Shown in pieces: positions 16,166-23,125 of a DNA stretch of 31,957 nt. The notes under the pieces were generated by a model. The model saw nothing but the letters and a program-made list of their open reading frames with translations, had not been told where the DNA came from and made no database searches. Both the position numbers and the translations under genes were made by a program. The first letter of the stretch is position 1. The number at the start of each line of letters is the position of its first letter. This DNA comes from a virus (Duplodnaviria; Caudoviricetes): the IMG/VR virus record IMGVR_UViG_3300036978_000226, positions 1-31,957 of that record, one strand, 5' to 3'.

Positions 16166-16771
16166 TCAGATCGCGTTGTACGCCGCGACCCACTTCTGGT
16201 GAGCCTCGATCAGGGCAGCCACCTTGCTGGCCTCCACAGTGAGGCTGAGGCTCTTGCTGCCACCGTAGGCGTCCAAGTACGTCACGACCACGCCATGGGC
16301 CTCAGGCGTGACCCTGTAGCCCTCAGGCGCGACGTACGACGCCACAGCCTCCGCAACGGCCAGCTGCTTGACGGCGTTTTTGACGCCCCTGAGATCGTCG
16401 GTGGCCATGCGCAAAATGCGTTCGCAGAGATGCTCCACGTTCAGGTTGCCATCCGTCCGGATCACCATGTTCGTGTCGGTCCAGTAGGACCGCGCAGTGC
16501 CCCTGAAAGACCAGACGTGCATCCACTGGGGCAAGTCGTCGCGATGGCTGTGGCGGCTGCTCTTCTCGTTCGAAAAGCCGTACCTGATGTTGATGCGCGG
16601 CGCTGCCGCATCGATGTAGGGTTCAAGCTCTTCCTCCGCACAAAACTTGAGGTATGAAACGACCTCGTCCTTGATCTTCTGGCCAAACTCGATGGCGTCT
16701 GCGCGCTGGTCGAGGATGAACTGCTTGGTGTCGCGACGGCTCAGGTTGGCGGGTGCCTTCAGGCTTTTCAT
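16166..16771 (-). CDS. Hypothetical protein
   Basis: 201 aa; AAGGA RBS. Confidence 0.7.
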   Translation of the reverse strand: MKSLKAPANLSRRDTKQFILDQRADAIEFGQKIKDEVVSYLKFCAEEELEPYIDAAAPRINIRYGFSNEKSSRHSHRDDLPQWMHVWSFRGTARSYWTDTNMVIRTDGNLNVEHLCERILRMATDDLRGVKNAVKQLAVAEAVASYVAPEGYRVTPEAHGVVVTYLDAYGGSKSLSLTVEASKVAALIEAHQKWVAAYNAI

Positions 16772-16796
16772 GGCTGTCTGTCCTTATGTTTTGGGT

Positions 16797-17108
16797 TCAG
16801 GCTTTGGCGAGGAAGGCTTCGAAGATCGCGTCAGCTTCAGCGCGCATCTTCTGCTCATGATGCGCTCCAATCATCTCCTTAACTTCGACCGCGCCATTCG
16901 GGTACTCCATGACGAGGTATGCGCGATTGAAGCCCATGCCGCCCTTGCGCAGAGACATGGCGAACACTGCGTGAGCAGAAAAGTCGGCCATGGCGTGGTC
17001 GATCCTGAGAGAAACGGGTTCGACGCTTTTGATCTTCAGCGTCGCGGTTCTGCTTTCATTTCCACCAAAGTATTCCTTGGCGTGGTCGATGATGTCGTCG
17101 AGGTACAT
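16797..17108 (-). CDS. Hypothetical protein
   Basis: 103 aa; CAGGAGACGACCATG start context. Confidence 0.7.
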   Translation of the reverse strand: MYLDDIIDHAKEYFGGNESRTATLKIKSVEPVSLRIDHAMADFSAHAVFAMSLRKGGMGFNRAYLVMEYPNGAVEVKEMIGAHHEQKMRAEADAIFEAFLAKA

Positions 17109-17129
17109 GGTCGTCTCCTGAAGTTGAGC

Positions 17130-17144
17130 GGGGCACCGTGCCCC
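17130..17144. repeat. Leader palindrome copy 3
   Basis: Identical 15-mer ggggcaccgtgcccc. Confidence 0.85.
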
Positions 17145-17153
17145 TGCTCGATG

Positions 17154-17182
17154 AGCTTATGTCCAACTGGACATGGTGTCAA
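17154..17182 (-). promoter_or_regulatory. Second copy of the promoter/operator
   Basis: TTGACA-17 nt-TAAGCT; 26 nt (17157-17182) identical to 16110-16135. Confidence 0.75.
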
Positions 17183-17385
17183 TCACCTTTGTGCTTCCTG
17201 ATGCAGCGCCGGACCTGACACAGAATGTTCAGGGCACCCCTCTTGTTCGTTTCCCTGCCGCTCTTCGGCCAGATGCCACAGAACTCTCCAGCCAACACCA
17301 GCTTGATGTGCTTGCCGCCGTTGATCATCTGGAACTCTAGCCCGGACGCCTTGGCCTCATTCACGATGTGATCCAAGTCCACCAT
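17179..17385 (-). CDS. Small basic protein, possibly HicA-like fold
   Basis: 68 aa; GGKHIKL..P.S..R..LN..VRR pattern. Confidence 0.5.
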   Translation of the reverse strand: MVDLDHIVNEAKASGLEFQMINGGKHIKLVLAGEFCGIWPKSGRETNKRGALNILCQVRRCIRKHKGD

Positions 17386-17519
17386 CAGAGCATCCCCCGG
17401 CGATACATTTCGCTGCGCAGCTGGATCATCATCTTCGGGTCGACGAAGAAGGCCCGGAGCCTCGTCTTCGCCACCCGGTACACGGCCCTGAGGTGCCGGT
17501 CGCTGAGCCGATCAAACAT
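17385..17519 (-). CDS. Hypothetical protein (MFDRLSDRHL...)
   Basis: 44 aa, coupled to neighbours. Confidence 0.45.
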   Translation of the reverse strand: MFDRLSDRHLRAVYRVAKTRLRAFFVDPKMMIQLRSEMYRRGML

Positions 17520-17691
17520 GTGCCATGATCCTTGCCTTGACGGCCTCAGCCTCAGCCTGCGTGGCGTAGCAATCCTGCAGCCCACGGTCGCCCGTGACCT
17601 TGGTGATGGCAGCGCGCAGCCGCACGTCGTTCCTGCGGCTGGTCATCAGGTCCAGCTGCCAGCGTCCGTTGTTCATAAACCAGATATGCAT
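17512..17691 (-). CDS. Hypothetical protein (MHIWFMNNGRW...)
   Basis: GGGAGA RBS after leader palindrome copy 4. Confidence 0.6.
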   Translation of the reverse strand: MHIWFMNNGRWQLDLMTSRRNDVRLRAAITKVTGDRGLQDCYATQAEAEAVKARIMAHV

Positions 17692-17704
17692 GTCAGTCTC
17701 CCAC

Positions 17705-17719
17705 GGGGCACCATGCCCC
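17705..17719. repeat. Leader palindrome copy 4 (one substitution)
   Basis: ggggcaccatgcccc. Confidence 0.8.
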
Positions 17720-17728
17720 TGTCCGAAA

Positions 17729-17800
17729 TTCATAGCACATCAGAAATGTGGGTTCAAGCACATTTTAATTGTTGACGTCGTACGGGACATCGTTTAGACA
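17729..17800. promoter_or_regulatory. Back-to-back divergent sigma70-like promoters
   Basis: Minus: TTGAAC-17-TATGAA (17757-17729), with CACAT-N5-ATGTG in the spacer. Plus: TTGACG-17-TAGACA (17772-17800). Confidence 0.55.
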
Positions 17801-17843
17801 GATCGAACAGGGGCGTTGGACCCCGCCAGCCAAGGAGACTGCC

Positions 17844-18122
17844 ATGTCGATGAACTTCACTGTGACCCTCGCCGACCGTTACGCCGCCGCCAAGTTCGCA
17901 GCCGACGCTGCCAACGAAGCGCTCGACGCGCTCAAGAAAGAGATCAAGGAACTGGGTCAGGAGCGCCATGTCGGCGTGACCTGCGACGTCACCCTGTCGA
18001 TCTGCGAACAGATGCGCTTCAGCCAGAAGCTGGCCACCCAGTTCATGACCGAAGAGCAGATCGAAGCCTGCAAGGCCCCGGTCCTGATGGAAACCATCCG
18101 CATCAAGGCCAAAGGGGTCTGA
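17844..18122 (+). CDS. Hypothetical phage protein
   Basis: AAGGAG RBS, strong GC3 bias, own terminator; the only plus-strand gene in this region. Confidence 0.75.
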   Translation: MSMNFTVTLADRYAAAKFAADAANEALDALKKEIKELGQERHVGVTCDVTLSICEQMRFSQKLATQFMTEEQIEACKAPVLMETIRIKAKGV

Positions 18123-18144
18123 TCGCCCCCCACATGAACGAGCA

Positions 18145-18173
18145 AAGCACCCCGGTTGGGGTGCTTATTTTTT
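18145..18173 (+). terminator. Rho-independent terminator
   Basis: AAGCACCCC-GGTT-GGGGTGCTT-ATTTTTT. Confidence 0.85.
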
Positions 18174-18179
18174 GTCGAT

Positions 18180-18500
<321 letters not shown>

Positions 18501-18508
18501 AGCACCCC

Positions 18509-18537
18509 AAAATGAAGAGGGGGACCGAAGCCCCCCT
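18509..18537 (-). terminator. Rho-independent terminator
   Basis: GGGGGGC-TTCG-GTCCCCC-TCTTCATTTT on the minus strand. Confidence 0.75.
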
Positions 18538-18539
18538 GA

Positions 18540-18731
18540 TCACTCGTACCTGTCCAGCACCTCTTGAAGCTCCAGCTGCAGCCTTGGGCTTGGCCTTCGC
18601 GACGTCGAGTACGTCGGGTTCAGTTCCAGCCGCCTGACGCTCTGCGGGTCCGTCTTCAGGAACACGGCCATCTGCCGCACGGACAGCCCCAGATACGCCC
18701 GTGCGCGCCGCACGTCCTCATGCGTCATCAT
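18540..18731 (-). CDS. XRE-family HTH DNA-binding protein (paralog of 14904-15125)
   Basis: ARAYLGLSVRQMAVFLKTDPQSVRRLE. Confidence 0.75.
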   Translation of the reverse strand: MMTHEDVRRARAYLGLSVRQMAVFLKTDPQSVRRLELNPTYSTSRRPSPRLQLELQEVLDRYE

Positions 18732-18834
18732 CTTGGACCGTGACCCACGGCGGGCGCGAGACGCTCACCACGGCCCCCTGCATCGCCCCTGTCGCAGATG
18801 ATATCTGCGTCCGGTCAAACACTCGGACCTTCAT
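18718..18834 (-). CDS. Tiny hypothetical protein (MKVRVFDRTQ...SRPPW)
   Basis: 38 aa, manual translation; fills a gap in the operon. Confidence 0.35.
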   Translation of the reverse strand: MKVRVFDRTQISSATGAMQGAVVSVSRPPWVTVQDDDA

Positions 18835-18985
18835 CTTTTCGATCTTCAATCTTGACCTCCATGTCGAAGACGGGGACGTCGTGCCACTGTCCATTTTCGT
18901 CCTCTTGCTGCAAGTTGTAGCGGGTGTCGACCCGCTCTCCGGTCTCCGGGTTCCTGACCCAGTACTGAATGATGCGGACCTTCAT
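18815..18985 (-). CDS. Hypothetical protein (MKVRIIQYWVRNPETG...)
   Basis: 56 aa, manual translation; ATGA coupling. Confidence 0.55.
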   Translation of the reverse strand: MKVRIIQYWVRNPETGERVDTRYNLQQEDENGQWHDVPVFDMEVKIEDRKDEGPSV

Positions 18986-19134
18986 TCTTCGTCATCCATC
19001 CAGCCAAGGGCCGTCATCTCTTCCACGGCGCGTTCCGCAATTTCCATGGCCCGACCGACCACCTCTGCGGGGGACATTTTCAGCTTTGACATCTCTTCGA
19101 TCAGGCTCAGCGCCAGTGCAGCTTCAATCTTCAT
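18982..19134 (-). CDS. Hypothetical protein (MKIEAALALSLIEE...)
   Basis: 50 aa, manual translation; ATGA coupling at both ends. Confidence 0.55.
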   Translation of the reverse strand: MKIEAALALSLIEEMSKLKMSPAEVVGRAMEIAERAVEEMTALGWMDDEE

Positions 19135-19589
19135 TTCGTTTTCGTCCTCTGTGCGATCATGGAGAAAGTCCCCTGATCATTGCGTTTCAACAGCTGCACG
19201 ATCAGCCCCTTGTTCGCCATGGACGTGATCAGTTCCCGCAGGTTTTGCGGCACCTTAGACCACCCAACCGGGTGCTCGTAATATACCACATTCGTTCCCG
19301 GCGTTGCCGCCAGTATCCGTTCATGTATCTCGCGAAGTTCCTTATCTTTCAAAGGCTTATCTTCGTACGCGTAGACCATCTTCTGCATTCTTTCCCTCTC
19401 CTTTTCTGTTGTATTTATTATCCCACGGTAGCGCGCTCTGGATAGGTATCCGCTGACTGTTCCGACTGTCACATTCATGCGTTCCGCTATCATATGACTG
19501 TCGAGACCATCATTGTGATACCGTTCCGCCCGACCGATAGCGCTCTCCGGGTCAGGCTTTCTTGGCACTTTCAACAGCCTTCCTCTCAA
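19131..19589 (-). CDS. HTH-containing protein (sigma70 region 4/LuxR-like HTH)
   Basis: HMIAERMNVTVGTVSGYLSRAR; start uncertain; lower GC than neighbours. Confidence 0.6.
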   Translation of the reverse strand: MRGRLLKVPRKPDPESAIGRAERYHNDGLDSHMIAERMNVTVGTVSGYLSRARYRGIINTTEKERERMQKMVYAYEDKPLKDKELREIHERILAATPGTNVVYYEHPVGWSKVPQNLRELITSMANKGLIVQLLKRNDQGTFSMIAQRTKTK

Positions 19590-20340
19590 GGAACCTGACC
19601 TGCGCCTGCAGCCGCAAAAGCTTTGAGGTCAGGTCGTGACACATCCCCGACAGCCGCATGTTGGACGCCTGCAGCGCCCTGATCCGGTCGGAGGCATCAG
19701 CCCGCCACAGCGCCTCTGCGACCTCCTCCCGCGTCGCGCCCCCGCCAGCGTTGTCTGTGCTGGCAGGGGCTGCGTCATGGTTCCAAACTTTGCTGGTTCC
19801 ATCGGGCATCACCTCCTTTCCGGGCTGCACGGCGGGAAGGGCGGGCTTGTTGATCAGGGCGAGTGCGGCACCAATTCCGGCCCGCATTGCGATCTTGTTT
19901 GCCTCTGGAACCTCGGCCCAAGGCTTGCGGCTTTGGGTGTTTGTGACCCATCCCGCTTCATGCGCGGCAGCTTCATAGGCTTCGTGCGCTGCGATGCAGG
20001 CGGCTTCCAGAAGGGCGGCGTCGGGCTGCACGGCAGCAATCCAACGAAGCTGCGCCTCCGCCTCGTCCTGCATTGTCATTTTGATCTGCACGGCGTCCCC
20101 ATAGAGATGCATGATCTGTTCCAAGGTCGGCTTGGCGATAGTCCCGCGCAAAATGTTGGCATGAACCACGGTGGGGTCTGTCAGGTCGGGCTGCACGGCG
20201 GGAAGGGCCAGATCGGCGCGGACGTATTCGACGACATACCCCCTGTAGTTCCGCACATCCCAGCTTCCGTAGGTCCACTGGTCGTCGTCACCATCGCCAA
20301 ACTCGTCCTCAATCCAAATCCGTTCCGGTGCGTCACTCAT
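19552..20340 (-). CDS. Mosaic hypothetical protein with repeated AVQPD linkers
   Basis: APERIWI..EYVRADL N-terminal module common in phages; three AVQP repeats. Confidence 0.7.
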   Translation of the reverse strand: MSDAPERIWIEDEFGDGDDDQWTYGSWDVRNYRGYVVEYVRADLALPAVQPDLTDPTVVHANILRGTIAKPTLEQIMHLYGDAVQIKMTMQDEAEAQLRWIAAVQPDAALLEAACIAAHEAYEAAAHEAGWVTNTQSRKPWAEVPEANKIAMRAGIGAALALINKPALPAVQPGKEVMPDGTSKVWNHDAAPASTDNAGGGATREEVAEALWRADASDRIRALQASNMRLSGMCHDLTSKLLRLQAQVRFLERKAVESAKKA

Positions 20341-20551
20341 GGCTCTCTCCCTTCAGCGCAGCGCGCATTTCTTGCAGCCTCTTTGCCACCAGCTTGGCGT
20401 GGTAGGTGTGCGGTGGTGGCGTGCAGCCGGGGCATGTGTCGTATTCGACTTTCACGGCAATCGTGCTTTTGGGTGGGAAGGATATGCCGACTTTGACACG
20501 GCCACTGCCCATACAAATGATGCAACTTTGGGTCATTGGCTCTTCACTCAT
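20333..20551 (-). CDS. Small zinc-finger protein
   Basis: CIICMGSG..CPGC; AAAGGA RBS before ATG 20551. Confidence 0.55.
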   Translation of the reverse strand: MSEEPMTQSCIICMGSGRVKVGISFPPKSTIAVKVEYDTCPGCTPPPHTYHAKLVAKRLQEMRAALKGESHE

Positions 20552-20691
20552 TGCTGCTGTCCTTTGAGGGTAATGGTGCGGCAAGCGCCTATTTGCCTGC
20601 GGGCAATGGCCTCGGCGTCGGCTAGAGCCTGCGCCCGTCCGCGCGTCCAATCTGGGTCTGACGGGTGAAAACCAGTGTCCTTAGATGCCAT
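20548..20691 (-). CDS. Hypothetical protein (MASKDTGFHPSDPDW...)
   Basis: 47 aa, manual translation; ATGA coupling downstream. Confidence 0.4.
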   Translation of the reverse strand: MASKDTGFHPSDPDWTRGRAQALADAEAIARRQIGACRTITLKGQQQ

Positions 20692-21178
20692 TGGGGAAGT
20701 CCGCCTTCATCTGAGCAACCTTGCGTTCGTATTCAGCGGCGTCGGGCTGCACGGCGGCGCGGGCCAGATCAGCGCGCATGTTGATCGCGAACAGGTCGCG
20801 GGTCTGGGTGTCCTCGTCCGTCAGCGCAAGGGCGCGGTCGATGGCGGCAAGGATACTGTCGATTTCGTCGCTCAGGCGCGGGTCCTCGATCTTGAGGGCG
20901 TGGAGGTCGTCTCGGTAGTCGCCGCCGTTGTAGCTGTCGCGGTTGATGCGGCGTCTCAAATCGGTCATGGTCGTTCTCCCTATGGGCGTGCGAAACTGCA
21001 CGGGATCGGGGGCGTCCTCACCGCCACAGATTGCCAGCGCAAGCCGGTCACGCTCTGCGGTCAGGGCTTCGATGTGCTGAAAGATGCGCCGCATGTTTTC
21101 AGTCGGGACATGATAAAGCATGGCTTGCGTCGACTGGGCGGCGATGGCCCACGACTTGATCACTGGGTCTTCAATCAT
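20681..21178 (-). CDS. Hypothetical protein, probable fusion or internal start at 20968
   Basis: 165 aa ORF with internal GGGAGAACGACCATG. Confidence 0.6.
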   Translation of the reverse strand: MIEDPVIKSWAIAAQSTQAMLYHVPTENMRRIFQHIEALTAERDRLALAICGGEDAPDPVQFRTPIGRTTMTDLRRRINRDSYNGGDYRDDLHALKIEDPRLSDEIDSILAAIDRALALTDEDTQTRDLFAINMRADLARAAVQPDAAEYERKVAQMKADFPNGI

Positions 21179-21320
21179 TCTTCAGCCCCTTCCACACCCT
21201 GATCATCCGCAGCACGCCCCGCAGGTCGGTCTGGTTCATCTGCGACACTTCGAACGCGATCTGCTCCCGCAGCTTGAGGTTGATCGAAGTGATCTGTTTC
21301 ATCGCCGGGCTTTCAGTCAT
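21171..21320 (-). CDS. Hypothetical protein (MTESPAMKQI...)
   Basis: 49 aa, manual translation; ATGA coupling. Confidence 0.5.
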   Translation of the reverse strand: MTESPAMKQITSINLKLREQIAFEVSQMNQTDLRGVLRMIRVWKGLKND

Positions 21321-21493
21321 CTCTCGATCCTCAGCTTTGCCTTGAACGACCGACCAAAAGTTTCGATCAGCCGCTGAAGGTCTTCGACAACCTCGTCATC
21401 CACCGCCACGCCCTTGGCCGCGCCCTCGTCGTACGCGTTCCGCAGCGCCCAAAGGACGATGGCGGTGTCTGAGATGCTCAGCTTAATCGACAT
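21317..21493 (-). CDS. Hypothetical protein (MSIKLSISDT...)
   Basis: 58 aa; 3' part of track ORF 21317..21706. Confidence 0.55.
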   Translation of the reverse strand: MSIKLSISDTAIVLWALRNAYDEGAAKGVAVDDEVVEDLQRLIETFGRSFKAKLRIER

Positions 21494-21947
21494 CGTCGTG
21501 GTCCCCGTCGTGGTCCCGGTCGTGCTTGTCGTAATCCTTGCCATGCCCCCGGTCATGGTCGTCGTGTTCATCATGGCCCTTGCCGTGGTCGCCATGGTCG
21601 TCGTCATCCACATGATCGTCATCATCTCCATGATCGTCGTCGAGGTCCGGCCCGGTGTAATGATCGTCGTCATCCCCATGATCGTCGTCATCGTCATCTC
21701 CATCATGGTCCGGCTTCGGGTGCGGGTCAGGCTTTGGTCCGGGGCCGGGATCGGGCTTCGGGTCTGGACCGGGATCAGGCTTCGGATCGGGTGCAGGACC
21801 GGGACCGGGACCGGGCGCAGGGCGATCCAGCAGGCTCAGGCCATCACCGCCACCCTGTTCGCAGTCGAACGGCAGGGGGACGACCAGACAGCGGTCTACG
21901 TGCGTCCCGCAGGCTGCCAGAGGCAGCGCAAGGATGATCCATTTCAC
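21483..21947 (-). CDS. Putative lipoprotein with Pro-rich linker and Asp/His-rich tail
   Basis: GTG start coupled to the upstream stop, GGAGG RBS; MKWIILALPLAAC lipobox; (PDPK/PGP)n followed by (DDDHG)n. Confidence 0.75.
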   Translation of the reverse strand: MKWIILALPLAACGTHVDRCLVVPLPFDCEQGGGDGLSLLDRPAPGPGPGPAPDPKPDPGPDPKPDPGPGPKPDPHPKPDHDGDDDDDDHGDDDDHYTGPDLDDDHGDDDDHVDDDDHGDHGKGHDEHDDHDRGHGKDYDKHDRDHDGDHDDVD

Positions 21948-22225
21948 AGCAGCACCTCCACAAGCATCACAGACAGGGTGATCAGGATGACCGTCATAGA
22001 GGCCGCTATCACCATGACGACGGGGTAGTTTGCCTTCGGTGGTTCCCAGAGGCGGCCAACCGCCTCCGTACACAGCTTCTGGTCCTCCAGATTATTGCTG
22101 TAGATCAGCATCTCGAAAGCCGCGTCGATGTCTTTATGGCTGTGATCCTCCATGTTCTGGAGGATCGCCCGCGCTTCAGAAAGTCGCATGTTTTTGTATG
22201 GCGTTTCCACAATGTTTCCCTTCAT
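21944..22225 (-). CDS. Membrane protein with a C-terminal TM helix
   Basis: VVMVIAASMTVILITLSVMLVEVLL hydrophobic tail. Confidence 0.6.
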   Translation of the reverse strand: MKGNIVETPYKNMRLSEARAILQNMEDHSHKDIDAAFEMLIYSNNLEDQKLCTEAVGRLWEPPKANYPVVMVIAASMTVILITLSVMLVEVLL

Positions 22226-22226
22226 T

Positions 22227-23054
22227 TCAAAGCCCCCACTTCGTGCGGCAGATCGGGCCAATTCCAAGTTCAATCGAAAGTGCGTTGGTCAATTCCTTGC
22301 CGCAGCAAGCGCAGTTCCCGGTCGCGCGACCGAAGTCGACGGCGGCCTTCATCGGGTCAGCCGCGATGCGCAGCAGGGCGTCGTAGGTGCCAGCTGCAGC
22401 CTCGCGCACTGCTTTGTACGCCGTTCCCTCGATTTTTCCTTGATATGCATCATCCTCGATCACGACGACGTACAGGGCACCGGCGTTGCGGCCAGTGGCG
22501 GGCGCGAGGCTGATCTTCAGGCCTTCGGCGCGGTACACGGGCTTCTTCGCACCGTTGGACACGGCGACGTCGAACATCTCGCGAATGCGGTTCAGGTCGA
22601 CCTGCTTGGTGTTGGAAGCCTTCGCCGCACGCGTGGCCTCGATCTTGACGATCATGCTGGCGACGGCTGCCAGAGCCTTGTCGCTGACGTAAAGACCACG
22701 GTGGATGTTGCCAAGGATGTCGCGGGCAAAGTCATTCCAGCCGGAGATGTCGCCCATGTAGGCGATCATGCCGGGGTACTGGGCCTCGATGCCGTCGATG
22801 GTCGACTGGATCACCGCTGCCTTGCGGTTGGCGACGCCCTCGCGTGCCTTCTGGCGATCAGCGGGGGATTTGACGAAGTGGCCCACACCCTTGCAGGCGA
22901 TGCACTTGTCGTTGCCGTGGCGGTTGGTGCCGCCGCTCCACAGGCCGGTCCCGCCGCACTGGCCGCAGGTATAGGTGGGTTTCGGAGCGGCGTGTGCGCG
23001 CGTTTCGATCTTGTCGTTGGCGAGGCTGTTCACGAAGTCGTCGAAGCTGTTCAT
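22227..23054 (-). CDS. Zinc-finger protein with DnaJ-like CxxCxGxG repeats and a C-terminal DUF6011-type domain
   Basis: CGQCGGTG..CIACKGVG and CACCGKELT..SIELGIGPIC; GGAGA RBS before ATG 23054. Confidence 0.75.
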   Translation of the reverse strand: MNSFDDFVNSLANDKIETRAHAAPKPTYTCGQCGGTGLWSGGTNRHGNDKCIACKGVGHFVKSPADRQKAREGVANRKAAVIQSTIDGIEAQYPGMIAYMGDISGWNDFARDILGNIHRGLYVSDKALAAVASMIVKIEATRAAKASNTKQVDLNRIREMFDVAVSNGAKKPVYRAEGLKISLAPATGRNAGALYVVVIEDDAYQGKIEGTAYKAVREAAAGTYDALLRIAADPMKAAVDFGRATGNCACCGKELTNALSIELGIGPICRTKWGL

Positions 23055-23093
23055 CTTGATCTCCAAGCGTGGCGCTGTGCCACTGTGTAAAAA

Positions 23094-23122
23094 GCAATAT
23101 CAAGGATGTTGGTGTGCGTCAA
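23094..23122 (-). promoter_or_regulatory. Sigma70-like promoter
   Basis: TTGACG-17 nt-TATTGC in the intergenic gap. Confidence 0.45.
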
Positions 23123-23125
23123 CAG

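Noticed and set aside
15774-17719. CRISPR array or integron attC interpretation of the palindromic repeats
   Set aside because: Only 15 nt, spaced 300-1050 nt apart with genes between; no cas or integrase gene and no attC core sites.
21494-21706. M/T-rich N-terminal extension of ORF 21317..21706 and the plus ORF 21414..22028
   Set aside because: Alternative-frame readings of the Asp/His repeat of the lipoprotein.
21483-22225. Spanin (Rz/Rz1) pair
   Set aside because: The membrane protein has a C-terminal rather than N-terminal TM helix, no endolysin or holin is adjacent, and the lipoprotein tail is Asp/His-rich; not fully excluded.
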